A stretch of DNA of 64,000 nucleotides from Phoronis australis (lineage: Eukaryota > Animalia > Phoronida): NCBI GenBank assembly GCA_002633005.1, contig NMRA01000518.1:244842-308841 (forward strand). Direction: 5' to 3'. Of this stretch, positions 39,761-51,607 are shown one piece after another. Every line of letters starts with the position of its first letter. The first letter of the stretch is position 1. The notes beneath the pieces were generated by a model. It saw nothing but the letters and a program-made list of their open reading frames with translations. It had not been told where the DNA came from and ran no database searches. The position numbers were made by a program, and so were the translations under genes.

Positions 39761-41460
39761 CACAGACATGTCGATCCAAATGATGGCCGTCATCATACAA
39801 CTGGGATCAAGTTGACCTTTTGACATTTCACTAAAAAAGGAGAGTGTGTAACTAATAAAGGAGACAACACGAGTCACGTGATGCAGTCGTTGAGCTCCAA
39901 ACGGCGGATCATCACGCTATAGAAAACACCACTCGCACTCAACAAGCATCCGGTAACCTAATGTAACAAGCAAAATATGGAATTTAATCGAGTCAACTTT
40001 CAAAGACTACGCCATGACTGACGTCAATTCCTTTGACTTGAAATTCAATCTTACATCTTTGCACCAAGGCTACCCTTTGCGATGCTGTTTGTTCGAGGAA
40101 GGAGGCCGATAATAAAAATAAAACTTCGTCAGACGTTGGAATTGTTTAAAAACCTGTACAGAACATTAAGATTTCAACTCATATCGTACTGTAGGCCCAT
40201 ACTCTATTGTTCTGCGTCAATGTGCAAGATCGCCAAAATGCACTTTTTTCCGGCTGTAGTGTACAATCTGCAGCCCGCGCCGTGTTTTGTCTTCTTTCTC
40301 AGAGCTTCACTCTCACCGTGGCGTAAACCTACATGTACATTTGAGGCTCTAGTTTCTAATTATTGTAGTATACTTTGTTCTTCATTAATTTGCTTCTACT
40401 TTCTAATGCATACAGGTTCAACGGCATCATTATTTTACTGCATACTACGAGCCTATTTTTATACCAGACAATACTTGCCGAAGGTTGTAGAGATTTGCTT
40501 GTCTATGCTGAATATAACGTTTCTTAAAGTGCAGCGCGTCAATCTTTTACGTTTTTTAAGTACTGAATGCATTGAAAATGTATGAAAGTCATAAAAATCT
40601 TGAAACTATTACGAGACGGTTAAATTTGAATTCGCTTGGCGCATCGTTTGGCGCATCGTTTGACGCAAATTCATTGTCTAGGGAGCAGTTTATATTGTAC
40701 CAGTGCACCCGAGTGTGCACAAAATCCTTGAAGGTCTTCCCGATGTTCCCTAATTTTTTGCTAGAAAATGAGCAAACAGCAAATAGTGAAGTCCAAACAT
40801 GGATTTTTTTCTGAGACCAATTTCGTCATCATTCATTTGTATTCCCCACGTCTTCCAGTCTTGTGGAGCCCTGGGACTCATGGATTTCTTAGTCATAATT
40901 ACATTAACACTGCTGGAAAGACAATCTGGCACAAGTTGTTGTTTGCTATGAAATGTGGCGGTTGAGAAACAGACATAGGAACAGTTTCAAAAAAGAAGTT
41001 CTTCTCGCGGGTAATGAATGGTTTCTTTTCATGAGAAAAGAGTCGTTACAAAGAAGATACATATGCATGCACAAGCACACGCACACGCACACGCACTCGC
41101 ACACATATAATGAGTGATTGACAAATTACGTTGCACATCATGCGACTAACGCTTCGAGGACAACAGACTGCAACATTGACGATATAATCGCGAAAGACAC
41201 CATTACATTTCCTGTTATGTATTTTGGAGATTTTTAGAGCCAGACTACTCCGTTACATTGCGTTTTCGAAGAAATTCAACATATGATCAATTTAAGTGAT
41301 TGTAACTATTACAAAGTATTGTGGGCACGACACAGTGTTTCTGTAATTCTGTATTAGATGTATTTGTCGGGTTTGGTCGATTTCCAACTATCCTGTAGCC
41401 AAATGAATACTCTGCTCTTATGGGTTGGTTTCCAGACAACAGTCATCAATGCATCCAGTG

Positions 41461-41679
41461 TTAATAAACCAACTGTTCCCATTCAGGTCCCTGACTCTGG
41501 ATGGGACAGCAGGTGATGACTCCGTTGGGGTGAGATGCTTCTGCGGAGGTTTTTATCAAGGGGCAGATGCAAAAGGTCTCACGTTCGGCAAGTCTTTGTC
41601 GCAGCTTCTTATTTTCACTTTTCCATTGTTCGTTGATATGTTGCAAGACAACTATTTGTGCTCGAAGTCCGGATAGCTC
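41461..41679 (-). CDS. bZIP paralog C, exon 2 (leucine zipper): ELSGLRAQIVVLQHINEQWKSENKKLRQRLAERETFCIC...
   Basis: Acceptor atgttttcag|GAG at the same position as in paralogs A and B; ORF 41461..41700. Pairing with the 55035-55160 exon (13.4-kb intron) is inferred because no closer basic or zipper exon was seen. Confidence 0.7.
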   Translation of the reverse strand, partial: ELSGLRAQIVVLQHINEQWKSENKKLRQRLAERETFCICPLIKTSAEASHPNGVITCCPIQSQGPEWEQLVY

Positions 41680-42546
41680 CTGAAAACATAATTGCACCAT
41701 TTTAATACAATCTGTTTCAATCAGCAGTGCATTATCTAAGGTAAGTTACTTGCAGGTTTGGCGAGATATCGCCATGCATAACAAGCAAAGGGCCTATCAC
41801 TAGTTTCCAGTTGACAGTAGCTTACGTTACGGAACAAGTCTCATTCACTAAATGCAATAATATCCACCTAACATGACAGTTCCTTTAAAACAAAGAAAAA
41901 CATTTTCTCACATGATGTGGCATGTGTTGCGACACGATTGGTTAATAACACGGAGTACGTCATGGGCGAATCAAAAAGTAGTGCAAAGAAGAAATCCATA
42001 CGCTTTATATTCATATCGTCTTCAAAACACTAAAGCAAACCAAACGCGCGCCAACAAAACAATGCCGGAATTCCGAGAAGGTGATAATGATATGATTGGC
42101 AAATAGGGTGTCGCAACTCTACGTACTCCCAGTCGGAAAGACATGCAAACAACTTCTTAAACGGACCCATCTTCGGCGCCGAATTCCATATGCACGTTCA
42201 TTCAAACTCAACTCAACTCAAGGAACGCGGCGAGACTGTCTAGCTGTGCTGTTTCAAGGTCAAGTCAGTGCTCACGCACGAGGAAACCTTGTTGACAGTT
42301 ATTAATAAACATTTTTTACAAAGTTTTGATATTATAACTTCAAAGATTCTAACTTGAATATTTGTTACGAAAGTTAAATGTAGTTTACAATTGTTAAGCT
42401 TAAAACAAAACTATTAACAAAAGTAACTGCATTACTTTACATTGCGCAAGCGTGTTTTTACGAAAGTTGCTTCGTGTGGTTGAAAGTTTTAGACACGTCG
42501 AGTTTTTCGGCAAAAAGATCTTTTCTACAGTTCATGTGAGAAAGCA

Positions 42547-42686
42547 AATCCTATACTGGTCTCAGATTTATGACATGGGCAAAACCCCTTGGAAATTTCG
42601 ACAAAATACCTCGGCAAGCCTGGAGATTTTGACGAAATTTCCAAAAGGTTTTGCCCATGTCATAAAGCTGAGACTCGTGTAGGATT
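42547..42686. repeat. Long imperfect palindrome (fold-back element)
   Basis: About 60-bp arms: ttatgacatgggcaaaacc..ttggaaatttcg / cgaaatttccaa..ggttttgcccatgtcataa. Confidence 0.85.
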
Positions 42687-44393
42687 CTCTATACATGAAA
42701 CGGAGTATTTTACGTCTCTATTTAAAATATGCTAGCGTTACTTTCGGATTGCAACAATCAGATGTGGATTGCAATAATCAGAGATGGGGGAATTCTTTAG
42801 GAAAAATGCCTTCCATTGTGTAAATATTGTCGAAGACAACCCCTATGAAAAAGCCACTGTCTCGGGACATTGGAGAATTAAAGAGACCATCGAAAGTGCA
42901 TTGGCATTTTAGATCTGTACATGTGTAGACGTTCGCTATTAAGAAATTTACATTCAATTGCGGCACGCATTGTTACTACACGAATTATAATTATAGCGTA
43001 CGTTATAATTTAAAGAAATGCAAACTCTTTGTGCTACTTACCGTTATCTTACACTCGTGGCTGGTCGTTGGGTTATACAGAGATATACGAAAAGTCTGCC
43101 AAAGAGTGAGATTTTAGGGAATTAGCCGTGATCGTTTCTGAAATTTGGGGAGTAGAAACTCAGTCAGCTGGGCCCCATACGCAGCTGCCTAGTTGTTGCA
43201 GTGCCGTCATATTACGAGAGCATCCTCGCTATTTATCTTGAGTTAATTTATTTCGTTAGGGCGCATTGCTCATACACAAGGGTACAAAAAGTAACCAAGG
43301 GAATAGTTCAATCTACTTGCACACGTCTTTCGCATCTTGGGGATCACAGGCCACAGGAAATCAGTTTATTCGCATTCGAAACAATGCGTTACAGAGCATT
43401 TGGCGATTTTCGTGTCCTAGGAATGAATCGGTTGAAGCAAATAATTAGAAGTTTTGTCAGTTTAAAACAAACCGTAATTTAGTTTAAAAAATAAAATACA
43501 CAGCTATGATGCAACTTCAAAAAACGAATTTTAACGCGTCAGCGTAGTCAAAACCTATGTGTTTTCAAATGATTTTCTTTCAGCATGAAATCATTTTATC
43601 ACCAAAAACAACATAAAAAATTCGAGTTCAACAAGTTTTTGGAAGTTCTGGTGGTGTGCCAATGACCGCCACACAAATTAAGAAAGTCGAAAGTAGAAAG
43701 CAAGTGCAAATAAGCTTTAAAACAATCTATGAAATTTTTATTTTAGAGATATCTTTTGATTTCTGAGAACAACGGAAAGAATTTATTTACAAAAAAATTC
43801 AGGAGTACCAGTGATACGTTGTGAATAAGATGGAGGGGGAAATAGTGTATAAGGTTTGGCGTTTGAATTGGTTGCTTTTGGCATGGATCGGGAAAGCTCG
43901 TCAAAAATACATTTTAAACAATCCCTGACGAAAGTATCAGCTCGCAACGTCTACTATAGAATTATTTGTTTCTCGCTTGAAGGAATTTTCCGAAAAAAGC
44001 ACAACATTCACGATTTTTGGAATACGCAAATTACAAATTTCGTGTGAAATAAAACTCGAAACATTTTATGCTTAAAACACATCCAGGAGTAGCTTTACTT
44101 AGGACGTTTTAACGTAAAACGCTTTAAATGTGTCGCGTAAAAGCGAAGCGTTTTAGCTGGAACGTTTTAACACGTCAAACAGAAGCATAATAATGTTTCT
44201 GCCGCTGAAAAAGAAAGTGCAATGACGTACACGTGTCGAATAATGTACACGCGGTTAATAACGTTTCGTACAACAGCTGCTGTCCAACTCCGTTAAAACG
44301 CAGTATCGAAGAAGCTTGTGTTGTCAACAAAACCCGTCTCTAAACGTCCTAACTGAAACGTTTTGAATTTATGGTTGCGTCAATACAGCTATT

Positions 44394-47300
44394 TACGGTG
44401 GCCCAAATATGACATCACATATTTCTTTTTTATCTCAGGATCTCGAGATCCCGATTTAATTATCTCTGGATCTCGAGATAATTTTCCTCAATGTGCCAAT
44501 GTATGTAAACTGTCTCCGGGCGCGTGACATTGCCTTACCATTTGAATCGAACGGATGATTCTCAAAGTTTTTCGTCTCACCATTAGTGATACATTCGTGG
44601 TGCATGAATCTATAACCATGTTGCTGCCCTGGCATCGATCTTTGTCGGTGTATGAAACCAATCACCTCATCAATGCCTGAATCATTGTTACGACGTGAGA
44701 GCCCTAGTCTTGACAACAAATTTGTGCATGTTCACGAACATAGTAAGTTCCTTAATTCGGGTTATTTGACATTTCGCTGTTTCCATCTCATCCTCATTAC
44801 GTGCTTTAGCCACCAACCCAATTTCTGTATCCATTTCGTACTTGGATTTCATATCAGCCTCCCAGCGCGTGGTGTGTCTAACAATGAACTGTTGACCTAC
44901 TTTAAAGTGGACCACAATGCATCAGCTTGACACACTTTTAAGTGTGATCCACGGGCAGAGCCAGCATATTAAAATACCCTGGCTCCGTCCGTGACCAGAT
45001 CGACTTGATAAACGTTTTTGTGATAATTAGGTTAATTACACACTGCGCGTGTATGTTAAAATAATGAACGTGGCTAAGGGGTGTATAGATTTCATTGACC
45101 AAAACAAGTTTGCATTGAATAATTAATCAAAGTCCTGATAAGGGACCAGCAGTGGTTATAATGGACAAGCAGAAATATATTGACGAGGCTCTCCGACAAC
45201 TTAACGACACAGCATACTACAAACTTTTAGGTAATAACCCCAACACAAAACATATAACTAAAACTATTTTGAATGCTTTGAAATTCCATTTAGGTCACAT
45301 TGGCAAAGACACCAAAAACTACCTCATTCATAATGATGCTCAACCTAGTCGCTTTTATCTCCTTTCAAAAATCCACAAAGAAGGTAATCCTGGACGCCCA
45401 ATTATAGCCAGCAACAACTGCCCTACAAAAAAAAATTCTCAGTTTGCCGACTACCATCTTCAGCAATTTGTCCCCACCCTTTCTTCATATGTTAAAAATA
45501 TGAACCATTTTCTTAATATAATTAAAAACATCTGTGATTTACCTAAAAATTCCCTTCTCGTAACTCTTGATGTTAAAAGCTTATACACTAATATTCCTCA
45601 ACATGAAGGCATAGAAGCCTGTACCAAGTTTCTTAGTTAACGAAGTAATCCTAATGTACCTACATCTTTTATTCGCTCTCTTCATGAACATGTACTTACC
45701 ACGAATCATTTTACCTTTAATAATAATCACTACCTCCAAATACTAGGCACAGCTATGGGCACTAGGGTTGCTCCTACTTTTGCCAACCTTTTTATGGGAA
45801 ATCTAGAAAACAGCTTCATCAAATCCTGCTCTGAAAAATCCCCTTCTCTGGCTAAGGTACATTGATGACATTTTTATGATCTGGACCCATGGCCCACAAA
45901 AATTAGATGTATTTTTTAGAAAATATTAACAAATTTCACCCTACTTTTAAGTTCACTCATGACATTTCTCAAAATAAAGTCTCATTTTTAGATGTAACTG
46001 TCATCCTTAATAATGATCAACTAGAAACTGACTTATTCTGTAAAGAAACTGACAAACACCAATATCTGTCATATCACTCGTGTCATCCCTTTCATTGCAA
46101 GAAAAGCCTTCCATATAGCCTTGCCCTAAGAATTCGACTCATTTGTTCAGAAGAAACTTCCTTTATCAACCGTTTAAAAGAACTCAAGTACTATCTAGTT
46201 CAACGTCATATACACAAACAGTTTGACAAAGTCCGTTCAATCACACGAAATGAATATTTAAGAACTAAAACTAAAGGCAATACTAATTTTTTGAATACCA
46301 TTCATAACTATGTTCAATCCATGTTTAAACGGAATTAGCCGCGTCTTCAGAAAACATCTTTCCACGCTGCATATTTCACCTCAAATGAATAACCTATTTC
46401 CTCATCCACCTATAATTTCTTGGAGAAAATGTAAAAATCTAAAAAAATTTTAGTTAAAAGCTAATATCGACAATATACACCAAACTAACAAACCTATTGG
46501 CAACACACAATGTAACAAAACTAGGTGTAAAATGTGTAACTTTATCAACGATAGCACTTTTTTCCAATCTTCCCAAACCCTCACAGACTCAAAAGAGAAC
46601 AATATTGGATAGACAAGCTCAATACAATAGAACCTCATGGATTGAACATAAAAACTTCTTAAAACATATCATTGAATTTTTTACGCAAAAATGTATCATA
46701 TTCATTACACCATATCTTAAATGTCAATTGTCATATAGTGTTTGATTTTACTTTATTTCTGTTTCTGTTGATAAAGGACGTTATTACATCCGAAAATTTC
46801 AGTTGATCCATTCTTGTTGTTTCATTTACCTATTTATATTCTACTCAAAGTCCTTGAGATTTTAACGTCTCGCCACATAATCGTCTTTTTCCTGACTTCG
46901 GCAAATCGACTTAATTTAAAATTAGGAACTCAAGTTCTCGAAAACGGCTTGGTGGATTTTGCTGAAACTTTCCAAACTTAATATTGGTTTGTTAACCTCA
47001 AACACTTTGTTAGGATTTTTGATATAAAGGCCTAGTTTTTGCGTAATGTAACAAAGATGAATAAGACTTCTATTTTTTACAAAAAATACCTTGCGTTTTG
47101 CGAGTTGAATTGTCATAGAAATCAGACTAAAAGGCTAATTGGAAATTCCTAACAGCGTTTTTGAGGTAATTGGGGAAGTTTTAATTTAAAAAAGCTTTCA
47201 TTAAAATCGATCCAGGTGTTATTTTGGTATGAATGTACCTTTTTTAAAAATGAAATTTTGACTTATAAAGGTGTTAATGTGATACTAATAATGATACATA

Positions 47301-48479
47301 ATTATAAAATATGTTTTCATATTCCTTGAGCTTTTTTCTTTCAGAAAATAGAAACTTTTACTAGTTGACAAAGCCCAGTTTTTTATATACGAGTTAGAAT
47401 GGAGGCTACTAAATAAGGTTTGAGATGACCTAAACATAAGCGTTGTCATTGATGTTTTGTTGCTATGATGCATCCTGATAGCTCTGTTGACTGTGTGGGT
47501 AAAGATTGTATGGCCTTGATTACTTGTCCTGATGATGTTGAATGAGGCATCGAAACATTTTGAAGTTGAAAAATCTCGTTTTTTAAAATAAATATTGTCA
47601 CTTACTTTTCGTTGTTTAGACCATAAGCGTTATACCCGGTTTCACGCCAGATAGGATTGCATGTGCTTTTACGAACGTTGAAAGTTGAGTCATTTATCTT
47701 ATTACCTAAAATGTTGAAAATTTTCCAGTGCAACTGCCATTCGAATTATTTGATAAAGTGACATGTCCATCACGATTTCATGGCTCAGAAATATCAAGTT
47801 TTAAGGAGTACGATTGAAAAGGTGAACTTGCGTGAAATTATTCAGCAAAAGTAGCAACCGCCAGCTTTAATATTACAGTTTTGCTCTGGTGGTACTCAAC
47901 TATGTTTCGGCAAGGATGCCGCTGAAATATTAGTTTACCCATAAAACATTCATTTAATTTCTTGTACAACTTGTCTTCAGCAGTTGTACAATATACAAAC
48001 TTAAGTTTCGTGATCTACATCGTCTCTTTCTTTACCAACTGTCAACAGTCACACAAATGTACACAGAAATTTGTTAAACTGTTCCGTCAAATTTTGGGGG
48101 CCCCTCTTGATTTTCTGAGTTATTATCCTCGTCCAACTGAAGCTGACCGGCCCAAATCTCTGGAACATTTGTTTTTTGTTGTTCCGTTTTTCTGTTTTTG
48201 TTCTTTCACCGACGACCCACTTATCTGCCACGGGCCCCGGGGTTCTGGACCCTCATGTCCATCCGCTCCTGACCATGCATTTAATTTAGTTTGCAACGTG
48301 TTTTTATCCAAACTACTCTGAGTATTCGTTGTGAAAGCCACGATTTATTAGCTGAACCGGTGGACATTTGAAAACAGACTGTGTTGATAGAACCGAGATC
48401 TCGCGATAATTAAGTCGGGATCTCGAGATCCTGAGATAATTAAAAAAGAATTGCGCCATGTTATCTTTGGACCTCCGTA
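44394..48479 (-). mobile_element. IS3EU-like DNA transposon (contains nested Penelope RT)
   Basis: About 85-bp imperfect TIRs starting TACGG with gatctcgag repeats; 6-bp flanks gctatt/tctatt; transposase-like fragment LSRLGLSRRNN..EVIGFI..PGQQHGYRFMHHEC (minus, 44580-44719). Confidence 0.75.
45125..46850 (+). mobile_element. Penelope-like retroelement (Neptune-type) reverse transcriptase pseudogene
   Basis: DKGPAVVIMD, PGRPII, LVTLDVKSLYTNIP, GTAMG..APTFANLFMG, RYIDD (about 45855), FLDV, KETDKHQYL..SCHP, zinc knuckle CNKTRCKMC (46511). Premature stop at 45638 and frameshifts; GIY-YIG largely deleted. Confidence 0.92.
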
Positions 48480-51399
48480 TCTATTTTCTACTGAGCCGAG
48501 TTTTGAATCAGCTCGCGAAGGAAGGTAGTGTGGTCGCGTGCTTCGCGTTAATATTTGTGTGCTTGCGTTTACGAATAATTCTCGCGTTCGCACAACTCAC
48601 GCATGGTGTTCACCAAAGGGTCTCGCTGATGTAATAGGCTGTACCGCTAACGACATGTGAGTCCCATTTACTGCACAACTCATTACCCAATAAAGAAAAT
48701 ATTCCCGCGCTGCTTACAATTTCCGGATCACTAAAAAGCAATGACGGCCCACTAGTTTAAAAACTAAATTCAAACTATTTGCGAGACTTTTGAAAAAGAA
48801 AATGTAAAAGATTTGGTAAAAACGAGGCAGTCGTACATTTTCCTTTCGCAGCGTTAAATATGATTCGGGTGCACACCAAATGAACTTTTTGGCCCGAGAC
48901 TGGTAGTTACCAGTTGTCGCGACCGTCTCGTCCACAAGTCGGCTCATCTAGAACTATCAAAACACCATGTCATGGACATCGACTGCATTTCGCGAGTCCG
49001 CTTAAAATAGTTCGGCAAAAGAAAGGAAGCCGAGTTGTCAAGAGCAGAAATAAGCGTTTGGCTTTGCTTTTGGTAACCGATATTACAAGATAATGTCAAG
49101 TCTTTTTAATCTGAAAATAACGCAACTGATTTCATGTAGCGGAGAAGGCGCTTGTGTTGCCTTACTATGTCCTTGTAAATGAAATTGCCGTCGAAAAGTG
49201 GTACGGACTTTCATGATTTTCGGTGACAAAAATCCAAAGTTGCATAAAACGAAACGAACTGATAATTTAAAAACTGCAACAGCGTTTTTGAGATCTCACT
49301 ATGTACTCTTATGTCAAATGAAATTTGATCACGTGGCTAATGCCGTTGTTTTGCTATGAATGTACATTGCCTTTTTCCTAACTTTTGTTAAAAACGACAT
49401 GATCACATGACCTAACAAAGGTCAGATTTGTAAAATGTCAAAAATCGAATTTTATAGGCTTTCTGAAAATATACATGTTTATCGATTTGAATTTTATACT
49501 TTTGTAGATTGTTTAAGACGTAGATTAGTCTATATGACCTCACACGACTTTTAAGTCGTTTTAAAAAACAATATTGAAATCAGACGATCGCGATTTGATT
49601 ATGCATTTGATAAATTTGCGAATGATCTGGCGGATAATATTCGTGATATCTGGGAGTGAAATATCAATTCCTTGTTTACAGAATTACATGGTTTGAATAT
49701 CGTTTCGATGAAGACCTGCAAATTTTCCTTGGTGAATTCAAGTTACGGGGTCTAGATACGGAGGGATAATAGCAATCATCTCGCAGTAAACTAGATGTAC
49801 TCATAGGTAGTAAAACGACTTAATTAAGGGAGCCAAGCGCTCAGTTCTGGTACCATTGATCAGCGACTAGCTGACACACTGGATCACGGAAGAAAGAACA
49901 CACGAGTATGGTCAGTGGGAAGTGTATAAACAAATAAAATGCATATTAGATGTATTATTAATTCAGCACCATTTTACAAATACAAACTATTTCCTTATCT
50001 TGCCTTTTAGTTTGAAACTGCTCGCGATTTTTGGGTCTCAAAAAATCAGTCTCATTTAAAATGTATAGCCACCCGAAAGATATGTCTCCGGTAGGCTCAG
50101 CCATACATCGGGCAATAATTATACTATACCTTCATCTTTGCAACGCACGTAGGAATCTCTGTGTCAGCGCCCTTTTTGCGTCTGTCCAGGTACACGTGTA
50201 GGCTGGCATTCTAGTGTGACAATTCAGTTTGTACTGACAAGTTGACCTGCTTGAAGTTGTAATATTATACTATTCGCAAGACGGCCGTGTTATTCACAGG
50301 TATGTGATTAGACTAGGATTCTAGAGTGACAGCTCAGTTTGTGGTGTGTTTGAAGTTGTAATATTATACTATTTACAAGACTGTCCGGTTGGGACGTCGC
50401 AAACACTTGTGTGACATCTTGATAGACCTTTCTTAATATTACCTCATGAACATCAGGAGAAAATCCATAGTGAGTCTAACATTGTTTGACTACTTCCTGT
50501 TTACAGCCATGGCAGCCTCCTCTGTGCTGTCTTACACTTGTTCCAAACATAACATTTAGCTTTGTGGAATCTTATTTTGTAAAAAGTCTTCACAATCATC
50601 AAGCAAGAACCATCTGCCCAAAAGTTACAAGTACTCAACTGAAAATTACATAACCTGAATAAGAAGTGAACTGTTTTACAGTCTGCATAAAAATTAACTT
50701 GAGTTAATGTTGAGCTGTTACCAGGTCAGTTCATAGTAAGTCTACTTCACTGGATTTTTGTTTCGAAAAAAGTTCAAGGATTACAGCTAAAATGTATTAA
50801 GTGTCGTCAGGTTTATTAGTAAATTCATTAGACTATTTCGAGAGTCGTTTTAGTACTTCAATTATTTACTCACGTTTTAAACCAATCCGCTGTGGTCTCT
50901 TGTTGTTCTTTACGTCTGGACAGTTTAAAAATCGTGAACTAATCAAAACATTAATTTTGTATTTAACATCTGCTAAGACAAGCAGGGTAATTTTTCTTCA
51001 ATTTCTGTCTCTCGTCTGATTTCCCTGCAAACTGAGTTGGAGTTAGTTGATACTGGTGCTGATACTCACTGGTCAAAGTTATTATAACTAACATGGCCAA
51101 CAGGAGGTGTTGTCATTGTGAGCCAAATGTACATTCTAATCTGCTGATAAGAAATAAATTGAAAGAGATGATACATTGGATAAGTGTTGTTATTTCTTGC
51201 ACAACCATCTGTATGGAATTATTCGTTCACCAATAGGACCTCTAAAGTTTGCTTAAACATGCAACTGTCCACAATTGATGTATTACAAGCTCCGACCCTT
51301 TGCGAAAAGCCACGTAACACCCGACAAACTAACGGATGTTAGAGGCAAATACACTGTCGTTAAGCGACGTTTCATGGTTTAATGGATGAGTGTTTTTTT

Positions 51400-51607
51400 G
51401 TCCTGTCCCAAAACACCTCAACAAATAAAACAGGCGATGCTTTTCACCAGAGAATCAAACGTTCATGATGTGGGAATATGTTGACGATGAAAAAATAAGG
51501 GTTCGAGGAAAAGTATTTCGGAGACAGCGAAAATCCGGAGAACCCCACACGGGGTTCACATGATAAATGACAAGGCCACTGATGCAATATGTTCATGTAA
51601 AGCTGGG
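51400..51607 (+). pseudogene. SWIM zinc-finger remnant (ISL2EU/YqaJ-associated ORF type)
   Basis: NVHDV..RVRGKVFRRQRKSGEPH..DAICSCKAG|gt resembles the N-terminal half of SWIM domains in transposon accessory ORFs. Confidence 0.55.

Noticed and set aside
40082-40585. 167-aa ORF
   Set aside because: No recognisable motif, composition typical of non-coding AT-rich DNA, no splice support.
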